From the NCBI GenBank assembly GCA_043228905.1, contig JBHGNT010000016.1:16802001-16866000 (forward strand): a DNA stretch of 64,000 nt, read 5' to 3'. Below, one piece after another: positions 36,090 to 48,741 of the stretch. Both the position numbers and the translations under genes were made by a program. The stretch comes from Azolla caroliniana. Its lineage: Eukaryota > Plantae > Polypodiophyta. The notes under the pieces were generated by a model. It did not search any database. It saw only the letters and a program-made list of their open reading frames with translations, and had not been told where the DNA came from. The first letter of the stretch is position 1; every line of letters begins with the position of its first letter.

Positions 36090-37767
36090 TCACATGGTAG
36101 CTCCATCAATCCTCATCGAGTATGTCCAATATACTCTTATCCAAGGGTTCCAGTGGTTCCTCGCTTTGCTGCTCCTGTTGCTCCGCATTGTCTGGTTGTG
36201 TTTGCTCCATTCCTGCTCCTGCTCTCGCGTTCCCTTCTCCTCCGGCTTTGGCTGGTATCTCCGTCTTGGCATCCCCTGCCTGCTTTGTACTGGATTCTCC
36301 TTGTTGCTCTCATCCGGCTTCATTTGGTGGCTGGTCCGGGTGCGGTTGTGGGTCTACAGACTGCTCCTCATCACTAATGTTAATTTCTGTTGTCATTCAT
36401 GCTACCTCTCACCGCTGTTGCTCCCGTTCGAAATGCTCGAATTGGAGTTGCGTGCTGAGTTGATCATCATCCAATCTCTCGATCAACAGTTGGAAAGCAC
36501 TGAGGTGAGCTCCCGCTAGGGATAAGAAGTCATCATATAACTCCTCCCGGATGGTGACAAAGCTTTCCTCATCCGTTTTGTAGAAGTTGTTGCCGACTTT
36601 CTTCCGGTTGTCTATGTCTGCTCGAAGGACTTGCAATTCTGGCGAGTTCACCATTCCATCGAGCTTTCGTCAATGCTCTTCTTCGTCGGTTCTTTCCATG
36701 CTACTAGTATTGCTCGGATCTGGCATACTCCTAGGTTTGAGCTATCGTCTGCCGCCTGCTTCTCCTCTTTCAACTTCTTAATCATCGTGGTGATAGCTTG
36801 TGCCTACATTTCATAGTTGAGCAACAAGGTTTGATAGGCTGTTTGAACCCTATCCAGAGCCATTATTGCTCATTCCACCTCTTCATAGTGCTACCGTGTG
36901 ATCTCCATCCTATCTTTCGCCACCTCTTCCAGTTGTTTTGCCGTCTCCACTGCCTTTGTTCAATCCTCTGCCAACGCGTCCGACTTTCAAGCAACCTCCA
37001 TCTAGAGTTCTCTCAACTTCTCCTGTTGTCGGTCCAATTGCATCATCAACTTTTTATGTTCCGCATCCAGTTGCTTGTGATCCCGGTGCAACTTATTGAA
37101 GTCGTCTGTTTTCGACTTTAGCCTGCGGTTGATTTGAAACCATGCTTGGTCCTCCCTATCCTTCTATTGTCGGAGTTCCTCCTTAAGCCATTCAATTTCT
37201 ACTTCCGCACTGCTCCAAAGCTTGTCCTTCTCTTACAACAATTTGTCGTATACTTCTTTGAACCGGTCGTTGTTGGCTGGACTCTTCCGGAGAGCTTCTT
37301 CTATTCTCAGATTTTCATTCCTCGGCTGCTTTCTTTTGCTCTCTTTCTTTGCCTCTTAGGGCCTCTTGAGTGGCCAATTCCTCTTTCAAGGTAGACATCT
37401 CCTATTCCCGCTCGGAATTATTTACCAGGGTTGTGTTGGCCACCGGTTCTTCGGTTGTTTGTGTGTTAGCCGGTGCTACCTCTCGAAATAGAAGGTCCTC
37501 TTCGCCTTGTGTGTGGTATGCCTTGCTTGCTATTGAGTACTTCCCAAAGTATTCTGTCAAGGTCTTAGTGGAGGGGTTGTCGATTGAGTAGAGGTCTCCA
37601 GCCAGCAACTCGATGAGGGACTGCACCATGCCCTTTGTGATTTCCTCCAGGTTGATTTGCAACGCGACCTTTTCCGGCTCCTCATGTAGTGTCGCCTTTA
37701 CTACCCTGAGGAACCTTTGCAACCCATTTTTGTTGAACCAGTTCTTCGTGGCGTCTGATAGTGCCAT
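36090..37767 (-). pseudogene. Extra (post-integrase) coiled-coil ORF of G, degenerate
   Basis: MALSDATKNWF..TLTEYFGKYSIASKAY and ELQVLRADIDNRKK..LDDDQL are homologous to the H and I extra ORFs. Confidence 0.65.
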
Positions 37768-38195
37768 TGGTCTTGTGTCGTCTTCTTCGCTTTCGTTGCT
37801 TCTCCGGTTCTTACCTGTGCTCGTTCGGAAATCTGTAAGCGCTTCTGCTCTTTGAATATATTGTTCTCATAATTTAAATGACAGAACCTTGGTTTTTCGG
37901 ATATTTTGTGCGCCCATTCTATTTAAATGCCTTTTCTTAATTCCTGTGCATGCACTTCGTGTGCCATAATAGTATTTATACGTCGCGTGGTGCGATTTAA
38001 ATGGCTAATGTCACGCCTTTTCGTGATGACCGTTCATTATCATTATTATTATTTTTTCCTTGCCTCTGCATGATGGGTTTTTCTTTTCTTTTCTCGAATG
38101 GTGCACTATTCATCCATTGTATCTGAAGGTACCGGTTCCATTGTCGGTGCAAGTTTACTCATGACAGATCCCATTCCATCCTCTGGTTGCTCGAA

Positions 38196-38531
38196 CGGGT
38201 TCCTTGGCATCGGTCCATTGTATGGTTTCAACCGGAACCCATTAAACCACTTATCTAACACTTCACTGGCTAGTATGTCTAATTGGTACGATCCTTTAAA
38301 TTCCCTTGTTATCCAATATGGTCCGGTCCAACGGAATCTAGCTTTCCCGGCATCTTGCCCGTTCGGGTTCCTTGGCATCGGTCCATTGTATGGTTTCAAC
38401 CGGAACCCATTAACCCACTTATCTAACACTTCACTGGCTAGCGTGTCTACGTGGTACGATCCTTTAAATTCCCTTGTTATCCAATATGGTCTGGTCCAAC
38501 GGAATCTAGCTTTCCCGGCATCTTGACCGTC
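38196..38531. repeat. 168-bp in-frame tandem duplication in the G integrase C-terminus
   Basis: CGGGTTCCTTGGCATC at 38196 and 38364. The peptide LDKW.NGFRLKPYNGPMPRNP appears twice. Confidence 0.9.
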
Positions 38532-39767
38532 CGGGTCTGGAATACTAAGACGGGCTTGCCGATCTCAAAATCCTTCTCGTTCCCCTGTTTGTGCCAAGGC
38601 ATGAAAGCTTTTCTTCGTCGGTTCTCAAGCACTAATTGTAAGATAGCCGTTATTCGATGTTCTTGCAACTTGCACAACGCTGCCAGCCAGATTTTCTCCG
38701 ATTCTTTATCTTAACCGTTCCCAAACCTATATGCTTAAGCTGGGAATTTGGAATTACATCGGCATTACCGCCTCCCAACTGAACGCTACTGAGAATGGTG
38801 TCATCTAGATACTTGTCTTGTAAGCCATCTAGTATGCCCATAACGTGCTTTGTAGCTTTGTGTCCTAGTTTGTCCGGTTTTCGTTGACAATCTCGCGCCG
38901 AATATTCTGGAGTGTTTTATTTGTGGATTTCGCTAGTCCGTTTGCCTGTGGATATTACGACATTGTCGTGTGGTTTTTCACACACGATATGAAAACTAGT
39001 AAATTCGGACGTAAGCGCGTGTGCAAGTTTCGGGCGTACGTGTGCACGACCGTGTGGACGTTTTGGACGGATGCGCGCGTGCAAGGCCTCGTGGGATGCT
39101 CGGATGGACGCATGTGTGCGGAGAAGCACGCGGATGCGTACATGGCGTGGTCGGGACTTTTGTGCGCGGACGCGTCTACGGTTTGGTTGTGACACACGTA
39201 CGGATTGCGCACAGGCTAAACTTTATGGATGATTAGGTCATTTGGCCAAATTATACGGACGGTCGCATGCAACTAAAAGCCAAGGCCATGCAACTAAAAG
39301 TAAAAGGCATGCAACTAAAAATGGAAGCATGCAACTAAAAGTAGAGGCCATGCAACTAAAAGTGGACATGCAAAGTAACATTGGGAAAGGGGATCAACAA
39401 AGAACTCGATATAAGTTTCATTTTTTCCCTCTACTTTTTTTTTTCCCTTTCATCTTCCTTCTCCCATTCCTTGGGGGAAGAAATCTCTCTCATATTGATA
39501 TCGGACCACTCCTTACATGGCTGTTAGCTCCTTTTTTATATTTTAAGAATGATCTTTTATATTCATATCCAATCCATTGTACATGATTCTAAGTTTATAA
39601 AGAATCGATTTTGTTTGCAATAAAGGAATGTTTCCTCTCACCTACTTGTCTTATATGTGAATCTTGCTTGTGTTGTATGAGTGTGTACTAATTCCTTCCA
39701 GTCCATAACCCCGGCGGTTCCATCTCACGATCCGCACATAGTGACGGATTCTCATGACATAATTAAG

Positions 39768-39785
39768 TGGTGAACCCGACGTGAA
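39768..39785 (+). promoter_or_regulatory. PBS complementary to plant cytosolic tRNA-Trp
   Basis: TGGTGAACCCGACGTGAA is the reverse complement of ...TTCACGTCGGGTTCACCA, the tRNA-Trp 3' end as I recall it. Confidence 0.85.
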
Positions 39786-39816
39786 AGAGGAGGTAGGGAG
39801 GATCTCTAGTACAACG

Positions 39817-40446
39817 ATGGCTTCGACAAGTGGAACTCAAGGAGAAGAATTGATGAAAGGCATCGTGTCCATCGTGGAAATCATGCTCAAGGCGAGAGAT
39901 CTAGAGACTTTTATCAACGAAGTTAGATACAAAGACTTGAAGAGATGCAACCTATACGAGTTCGACCAATGGGTGTCATCGATGAAGACCCACCAAAGTG
40001 CCATGCATGCTTCCGTTGAGTTCGAGTGTTTCTTTGCACAACTCTCAGAGTAGGATCAAAGATTGGTGGGGGTGGATAAAGTTCTAATGTTTGTGAAGTC
40101 AATCGATCAGAAGGAAAGGAAGGCCATTGGAATCCGACTTGAGGATGATGATGGTGCAAATGGCCTAACAAAGGATTAGATGAAAGTGGAAACAATATGT
40201 CAACTACACGATAAGAGGAAGAGAAGATTCTCATCGACAACAACACAACCCATGAGGGATGGTGAAAGGAGGATAGGAAGCAACTACAAACTACTACCTA
40301 AAGAAGAGAGCTTGAAGAGGGAAGGTTTGATGGTACTCGACATAGAGGCCTTGATAAACGAGGCATATGAGAATTTAAAGGTGCAACTCGAGGCCAAAGA
40401 CAATCTTATTATGGAACCAAAACTGATTACAATGGTTATCAAGTAA
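39817..40446 (+). pseudogene. gag: gag remnant of E
   Basis: EFECFFAQLSE*DQRLVGVDKVLMFVKSI..ERKAIGIRLEDDDGANGLTKD aligns with C gag EFEMRFARLSTLDQTVLDTTKVLLFIKSV..DRERVVFQLETDEGLTTD. Confidence 0.75.
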
Positions 40447-42581
40447 TAAGAGACTTCCCAACAAAGGTGGAGTAATGATACGGCCAATACAAAGGCCCAT
40501 GTTCGGTAGGACAGCACCACGGGAAAAGGTGTGGAACAAGACGCCTTCTTGTCTTGCAAAGAAACAATGATGAAGAATGAAACCAATGAATCGAGGGTGG
40601 CGAATGCCACTTCAAGCGAGGACAAATGCTTCGGAACACACATCGTGTTTGAAACATCGAGTGATAACGGTGCAAGCATGAGCAAAGCTTATGTGATCAA
40701 GGGAGATAAAAAGTGTGAGGCCGACATGATTGAGAAGATGAAGAGGGTAGACGATGATGATGAAGAGACTTTCCCCACAAAAGTTCTTGAGACTTGGGCA
40801 TTAGTCGATGTAAGACCCAAGAGACGGAAGGTGGTGGTGAAGAAGCAAAGATCAAAGCCAATGCAAACAATCATAAGGTGGAAGTGGCTAAGGGTAGCAC
40901 GACAAAGGCAATGGAAAACTACAAAATCGTATAAATCCCTCCAGACTCGTTTGAGAGACTTGGGCATTAACTGATGTAAGACCCAAGAGAAGGACGGTGG
41001 CGGTGAGGAAGCAAGGGTTGAAGCTAGTGTATGCAACAAGGAAGTCATGGTCAACTCCAAAGTATACCACGAAAGTAGAAAAAGTGGAAAGCATCAAATG
41101 AGGTCACTTAATGACCTAGAGGTGAGTATGCAGCTAAATAATGGACCACTAAGAGGACTCAACAATAGTATTCCGATAAGGCCTTCAAAAGGCATGCATG
41201 GAACAAGAAAGGATGATAAAAGAAAGTTCGATGACCAAGGAGATGGTCGAGATGAAGGTGTCACATGCACAAAGCATGAAGCATTATGCTCTACAGGAGA
41301 AAAGGGAGCCATGGCAACCAGCCATGAAAATACAAAGAGTGAGTGAAGAATATGGTGGGTCAGATGGCAACGACGGTTTGGGTATAAAGAAGAAACATCG
41401 ATGAAGTAGAATAATAAAAAAAGGTACCTCACTACAATTGGCACATACCGGTGGATGTGCAGGTTTGGTGGGTGTGAATGTGATGTGGTTTTTCACACAC
41501 AATATGAAAACTAGTAAATTTGGACGTATGCGTGTGTGCCCGTTTTCAGACGTACGCGCGTGTGCAAGTTTCGGGCATACGCGTGCACGACCGTGTGGAA
41601 GTTTCAGATGGACAGACGCGTGCATGGCCTCGTGGGACGCTCGGATGGACGTGTGTGTGCGGACAAGCGCGCAGATGCGTACACGATGCGATCGGGACTT
41701 TTGCAAATGGACGCGTCTATGGTTTGGTTGCGACGCACGTACGGATTGCACACGGGCTAAACTTTATGGATGATTGGGTCATTTGGCCGAATTATACAGA
41801 CGGTCGCATGCAACTAAAAGCCAAGGCCATGCAACTAAAAATGGAAGCATGCAACTAAAAGTAGAGGCCATGCAACTAAAACTGGACATCCAAAGTAACA
41901 TTGGGAATGGGGATCAACAAAGAGCTCAATATAAGTTCCATTTTTTCCCTCTACTTTTTTTTTATAACTTTCTTCTTCTCTCTCTCATTCCTTGGGGGAA
42001 GAAATATCTCTCATATTGATATCGGACCACTCCTTACATGGTTGTTGGCTCCTTCCTTTTAGGAATAATCTCTCATATTCATATTGGACCACTCCTTACA
42101 TGGATGTTGGCTCCTTTCTTTAAAAGATTTATCTCTCATTTTCATATCCAATCCATTGTAACATGATTCTAAGTTGATTTAGAATCGATTTCTTTTGCAA
42201 TAAACGAATGTTTCCTCTCATCTACTTATCTTATATGTGAATCTTGCTTGTGTTGTGTGTGTGTACTAATTCCTTCAAGTCCACAACCCCAGCGGTTCCG
42301 TCTCACGGTCCGCACATAGTGATGGATTCTCACGACAACGTGCTTCGTTTATGCACAACCGCGTAGAACGTTGTCAAGCTCTGCACTACCTGCCCGAGGA
42401 AGTGACCACCTTCATCGCTAAGGAGCTCGATCGGGCATCCGTACCTGCACCATACACTGTTGTCTCTCAGAGCTTTGGCCTCCACCCACTTCGTGTAGTA
42501 ATTGGTTGCGACAATAATATACTGGTTTCAGGTGCACATTGCTAGAGTCTTGAATGGCCCTACAAAATCTAAACCGTATTT

Positions 42582-45141
42582 TGTTAACCGTTTCTAGAGG
42601 AAACACCTTTGATGAGCCATAGGCTATCGGTATCAAGGGGTCGTGTTACGTGAAGGCTTCTTCTACACCAAGAAGACGTTAGGGGAACGGGGAGCGTACA
42701 CTGGCTACAACTCGGTAGACGTAGATGTAGTTAGGATTACAAGTACAGGGAGAACACACAGATGAAGGAATAGTAAGAGGGAGATTTATATTAAATGAGA
42801 AAGCTCACAATGAATATAGTACACGGCTCTCGACTAGAAACAGTCTTGTGCAGAGCTAAGAGTTACTCTATATTAATCCTGCTAATAATTTAGGTATATC
42901 TCCCCTTGCCAAGGTATGTATGTCTCGGCTTATATAGTTTTCTTCTTTACACAAAGCCGAGCCGTCGGCTGATTGTGAGGGCTCAAAACTCGACTATTTT
43001 AGTTCTACCTATTTCCTCACCTACTTTTCTACCTACCGGCGAGATTACATATTTTGTAATTATATTTCCGGCCTATGGACAACACCTGGCACGCCCATGG
43101 GACAGGACTTTGTCTGTCGAACCCACGATTCACAAAGTGGACGGATAACAAATGGATTTTGCCAAAAATTTACAAAATTTCCCTTTATACGAGGGCTTAA
43201 GGGTTTGTTTTAATCCTCTTCTAATATGCCAAGGATATCCTCGGGGGAGTGGGGTTGGTTAGGCTATTCGGAAGGTGGGGTTAGTGATGGGGGTTTTGAT
43301 GCTGAGTCCGGGATGGCTATGTCTTCATGTGGGCCGTCCTCTGTTGGTTCTGGTTCAGGTAGGGTTGTGGTCGTAGTTTGTTGCTCGGGTGTGATGTGGG
43401 TGTTTGTAGGAGCGGGTCCCTCCTGTTTGGCTTCTGTAGTGTTTGTTGTTGTTGGCTCTGGTTTGTGGTCATCGGTCGTGGGAGCTCTATTAGTCATGGT
43501 AGCTAGGCGCTCCTCCTCGTAAGCTTCGGCTTCTAAACGGAACATCATTAGATCGTCGTTGAATTCCTCTAGAAGTTGCTCGATTGCCGTGGTGTGGGAT
43601 TCTGCTAAGGTATGATATTCCTCAGTCAAGTCTTCACGGAGGGTTTGGATGCTAGTGTCATCCATCCTGTAGAACCCTTGGCCCTCCTTCCTTCGGTTCT
43701 CGGCATCTGCGCGTAATATGTGTAGTTCAGCGGCTTGGGCTGACCATTCCTGCCATACGCAGTCGAGCATTTCCTCGATCTTCTTGGTGAGTTATTGGTG
43801 ATATTTGTTGATCAAGATCTTTATTCTAGTATCGTCCATGCTTATTTGAGCTCGATGAGCTTCCACTTCCTCCCTTGCGGCCTTGGCTTCTTCTTGGCAC
43901 TTGCTAACGAGGGGCTCAAGAGTAGCTTGGTTATCCTTTCCTTTTGCGGTTACGAGCGCGATTGTTTGCTCGTAATGTTTGGTGAGTTGTGCTATAGTTT
44001 CGTCCACTTCCTTTTCCAAGCGTCCCGTTGTCGTCCCCTGGTGGCAATGGCCTTTGCTTGCAACTGGTGATAAGCATTGGAAATTTGCGCCTATTGCTCT
44101 TCAGAGATCCTCCACTTTTGCATGTATTCATTTGCCAGTTCTTGTAATTCCCGTGTTGACTCCGTAATTCCTGGTTGTCTGCGAATAGCTCACGTTCCCG
44201 TTGGCTATTCCTCTCGTCTTCCTTGATGAATTGTTGTTTGGCCTCAGTGATAGCGACTTGAAGGTTCATCACCTCTCCTTCTTGTGCTTTTAGTGAGGCC
44301 GAGCTTTCGGTAAGCAGTCGCTTGAGGTCAGCTTCGGCCCGCAACTTGTTCCCATAGTTGGCCAATAGTGTTGTTGTGGTTTGGTACTGCTAGCTCAGCC
44401 CGAGCGGTTTGGGCCTTGAGCTCGTCTCGGTAGTCATGAAGGGGAGGCCTTGTCTGAGTTGCAGCTTGCTGGTTCTGGGGATAGGGTACCTTGTCTATCG
44501 GTGTAGATCTCTCCATGACTATAGGTGGTCGTGGCGTTTGCGTGGAAGTGTGCCTGGTCCAGAGGCTTGGTGTCCTTTCTGCCGTTATAGATGTTTCGTT
44601 GGTTGTGACGACAGTTGGCAGCACCGTTTGTGTGGAGGCGTGGCTGGTTTGGGGGTGCAGGCTTTTATCTGCTAGTGACGATGTCTCACTTGTCTGTACC
44701 GAATCCGTCATTGTACTTGCATCAACTGTGGCTACCTTGGGTTGTGTTGTGTCGTCGTTGTGTTCTTCGGTAACAGTAGCACTCAAGTTTGGGTTTGGAA
44801 GAGGGGCTAGTGAGACATCGTTACTGGGGGCATGGAGGCTTAAGGGTGGCTCTTCTTGATGTTGGTGCTCCAATGATGCTAGTTTTTGCTCGGCAACTTG
44901 CCATAGCTCGGTGGTCCGTTTGGCTTGCTGCTGTGTCGTTTTGATACGTTGGGCCATCTCCTTGGCTGCCCGAGTTGTGTGGTCCAGATTTCGATATGCC
45001 TCGAGTAAGGCCGTGTTTAGATCTAGTAGCTCCATGAGGAGGGAAGCATTCTGTGTTTGCTTCTTCCGACCTATCTTCTGTAAGGCTCGATCCTCTTGAG
45101 GTTCGAGTTCTTGCATTAGTGCGCGTTGGATCATCTTCCAT
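42582..45141 (-). mobile_element. Gypsy element H 3' part: LTR (~42582-43150) plus extra ORF
   Basis: TGTTAACCGT...ACGGATAACA termini. Colinear with element I (46276-50820, 57839-57965). Confidence 0.8.
43211..45141 (-). pseudogene. Extra coiled-coil ORF of H (frameshifted, 5'-truncated)
   Basis: E/Q/K/A-rich helical segments, a Thr-rich STQT region and a T/P/E-rich tail. Confidence 0.75.
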
Positions 45142-46220
45142 TAATGCCGCAACTTGTCGAGACCTAGGGGCTTGGTGAAGATGTCGGCAACCTGCCGACC
45201 TATCGGAACATACACTAGTTCGACTTCACTAGAAAGGACACGCTCTTAGACGAAATGGTAATGCACCTCAATGTGCTTGGTCCGAGTGTGGAATATGAGG
45301 TTTTTCGCAAGTTGGATGCTACTGAGGTTGTCGCAATAGATCGTCGTCTGAGCGGACACCTCCACATGCAGATCCCGTAATAGCCATTTTAGCCAAATGA
45401 CTTCACACATAGCAACAATTGCCCCTTGATATTCGGCCTCCGTGCTCGATAGTGCCACAGTCGGCTGCTTGTTACTACTCCACACGATGACCGCACTACC
45501 CAATGAAAATGCGTATTCAGATGTGGATCTACGATTGCAAACATTTCTGGCCCAATCAGCATCTGTGTGGCCCACTAATTGTTTGGCTACACCAGCTCGA
45601 TACAACAACACCAACTCGTCCGTGTTGCTGACATTATATCACAATATCCTTTGCACGCACTAAAAGTGTTCGACCATAGGTTGCGACATAAATTGACTAA
45701 TCAAGCCGATCGGGTAGCTGAGATCTGGCTTAGTGATCGTCAACGAGATTAGGCTTTCGAAAATCTATCAGAACCATTTTGGGTCGCATGCCTTTCCCGA
45801 ATCTCGGCAAAGCTTGACATTTCTATCTAGAGAGGTCGAGATGGGCTTGCAATTTGCCATCCCGAACTTGAGCATATGCAACGCATAGTGATGTTGGCTT
45901 ATCAATATGCCTTCGGGGGTATGGATCACTTCAATCCCAAGGAAGTAATGAAGGTCTCCAAGATCCTTCATCTCGAATGATGCCACAAGCTGAGACTTTA
46001 CACGGCCTATTTCATCTAGGTCGGCACCGACGATGACTAGATCATCAACATATAATAGAAGGCTAACCGGTGCATGTTGACCTTGCCGAACGAATAATGA
46101 AGAGTCTGACTTCGATGGCGCAAACCCCATCCTACGCAACCGTTGTGTAATCTTCGCGTTCCAAGTTCACGGGGCTTGCTTAAGTCCATATAAAGACTTC
46201 TTCAATCGACAAATTGTTGA
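45142..46220 (-). pseudogene. pol: Copia RT/RNase H fragment J (related to B)
   Basis: LLYVDDLVI, HTDADWA, STEAEY, TKHIEVHYHFV. No LTR seen. Confidence 0.88.
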
Positions 46221-46398
46221 AGTGTTCTATTCGGATAGAAATCTGAGGGGTTGTACCACGTACACATGCTCCTCATGTTAACCGTTTATGGAGAAAACAC
46301 CGTCGATGAGCCCATAGGCTATTGGTATCGAGGGGTCGTGTTACATGAAGGCTTCTTCCACACTGAGAAGACGTTAGAGAAACGGGGAGTGTACACGG

Positions 46399-47751
46399 TG
46401 TCGCGAAAATACGACAAGGATACGCGAACTTGAGGCAGGACCCCGGGGCCTCCGACCAGAGGATAATCACATTCGTGCATTTATATTTTTTAACAAATAA
46501 CAGAAAGAAGAAATTTAATAATTTTCATTAACAAAGGAAAAAGAAATTACAATATGTCCCAAGATTGGGATTTAGAAGTTTTTAGGTTTACTAAGATTAA
46601 TAGAAAAGAAAAATTAGGGGTTCTGGTAGATATGGCTTCCGTAGGGAAGATTAGGATTAGGTTATATGAGTATTATGGCTTCCGTAGGGAAGATTAGGGT
46701 TTTTGAGTGTTATGGCTTCCGTAGGGAATTTTAGGGTTTATGAGAGTTATGGCTTCCCTAAGATAATGGAGTTGAGAAGAAAATTAAGATAATATGGAGA
46801 GTCTATCCTAGTGTAGGAAAAAAAATGGAATAAAAATGGAGTTCTCCCTTAATCATAGCTTTCCCACTTTTTGTTGAATGGCCTCTACTTTTAGTTGCCT
46901 AGCTTTTTCTTTTGGTTGCATGTGACTGTCCACATGACCTTTACTTTTTCCATGCACTCCTTCTTTAGTTTCTTGTGTCCACATGGCCTTTACTTTAGTT
47001 CTCTTCACTTTAGTTTGTTGCATGATCCAATCTTTCGTCCGTCCGCGTCCAACCTCGTCCGGTAGCCGGTTCCGGTTTGCTTGCCGGTTACAATTCCGGT
47101 TTTGGTTGCCGGCAGGTTCCAGTTTGCTTGCCGGTTGCCGGTTCCGGTTTTGCTTGCCGGTCGGTTCCAGTTTTGCTTACCGGCCGGTTCCGGTTTTGCT
47201 TACTGGCCGGTTTCCGGTTTTGCTTACCGGCCGATTTCCGGTTCCGGTTTGCTTGCCGGTTCCGGTTCTGGTTTTGCTTGCCGGCCGGTTTCCGGTTTCA
47301 CTTGCCGGCCGGTTTCCGGTTTCACTTGCCGGCCGGTTTCCGGTTCGCTTGCCAGCCGGTTCCGGTTTTGCATACCGGCCGGTTTCCGGATTGCATACCG
47401 GCCGGTTTCCAGATTTGCTTACCGGCCGATTTCCGGTTTTAGGGAATTTGGCCACCATCATCCATCAAACAAAGTGGCCAAAGTGCTCTTAGCACAAATG
47501 AAAAATGAGGGAGCTCAAGGTGTTTATATAGCCAGGGCCTTAACTTTCCTATCTATGTGGGATAGTTCTAATTTCCCTATCTTCTTAAACTTTATTTTCT
47601 CATAACTTGATATGTATTTCTCCATTTTGTATATAGTAGAAAACGTTTTGAAGCTCTTGAGTATATCCATTTTTCTATAATACTCTACTAATCTAATCTA
47701 TAATAATTATTTCAATTTTTTTTTACATAGTGTGTGAAGATTCACACGACA
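46399..47751 (-). mobile_element. Solo LTR (1353 bp) of the C/E lineage
   Basis: TGTCGCG...CACGACA, flanks ACGG/ACGA, empty site visible in the H LTR (~42697-42710), inverted copy at 59946. Confidence 0.9.
47058..47440. repeat. CCGG-rich degenerate minisatellite (CCGGTTCCGGTTTTGCTTG)n inside the solo LTR
   Basis: Directly visible. Reverse complement at ~60257-60685. Confidence 0.9.
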
Positions 47752-48741
47752 ACGAGCTACAACCCGGTAGACGTAGACGTAGCTAGGATTATGAGTACGG
47801 GGAGAATACATAGATGAAGGAACAGTAAGAGCGAGATTTATATTAAATGAGAAAGCTCACAATGATTACAGTACACGGCTCTCGGCCGGAAACAATATTG
47901 TGCAGACCTCAGTACTACGATATTAATCCCGCTAAATAATCTAGGTATCCCCTCTCAAGGGATGTAGATCTCGGTTTATATAGTTTTCTTCTTTAGATAG
48001 TGTCGAGCCATCGGCTGATTGTGCGGGTTCAAAAACTCGACTATTGTAGTTCTACCTATTTCCTCACCTACTTTTCTACCTACCGGCGAGTTTACATATT
48101 TTGTATTTATATTTTTGGCCTATGGACAACACCTGGCATGCCCATGGGACAGGACTTTCTCCGTCAGACCCACGATTCACAAAGTGGAGGGATAACAACG
48201 GATTTTGCCAATTTTTTTTACCAAAGTGCCCTTTTATACAAGGGGATTACGGGTTTGTTTTAATCCTCTTCTAATATGCCGAGGATATCCTCGGGGGCAT
48301 GGGGTTGGTCTAGCTGCTCGGAAGCTGGGGTTGGTGATAGGGGTTTTGCTGACGAGTCTGGGATGGCCGTGTCTTCGCGTGCGCCACCCTCTATTGGTTC
48401 TGATTCCGGCAGGGTTGTGGTCGTAGAATGTTGCTCGGTTGTGATGTGGGTGTCTGTAAGGGCGGGTCCGTCCTGTCTGGCTTCCGTGGTGGTTGTTGTT
48501 GTTAGCTCTGGTTCGTGGTCATTGGTCATGGGAGCTCTGTTAGTCATGGTAACTAGGCGTTCCTCCTCGTAAGCTTCGGCTTCTAAACAGAACATCATTT
48601 GATCGTCGTTGAATTCTTCTAGAAGTTGCTCGATTGCCGTGGTGTGGGATTTTGCTAAGGTATGATATTGCTCAATCAAGTCTTCATGGAGGGTCTGGAT
48701 GTTGGTGTCATTCATCTTGTAGAACCCTTGGGCCTCCTTCC

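Larger units (their letters stand above)
38964..42337 (+). mobile_element. Element E: gag-only non-autonomous LTR retroelement (3.4 kb)
   Basis: LTRs at 38964-39759 and 41479-42337, TSD ACAT/ACGT, tRNA-Trp PBS, internal gag remnant related to C, no pol. Confidence 0.9.
35141..42581 (-). mobile_element. Gypsy element G (Athila-like) 3' part: integrase plus extra ORF, interrupted by E
   Basis: [18 protein letters not shown] (42342-42581) rejoins HKRSTS*YPQANG and RFRWTGPYWI (38106-38963). Confidence 0.8.

Noticed and set aside
39768-39785. tRNA-Trp gene
   Set aside because: Only the 18-nt 3' complement including CCA is present, at a PBS position.
46983-47605. Overlapping 120-240 aa ORFs here and at 60113-60838
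   Set aside because: Stop-free by-products of the CCGG minisatellite in solo LTRs.
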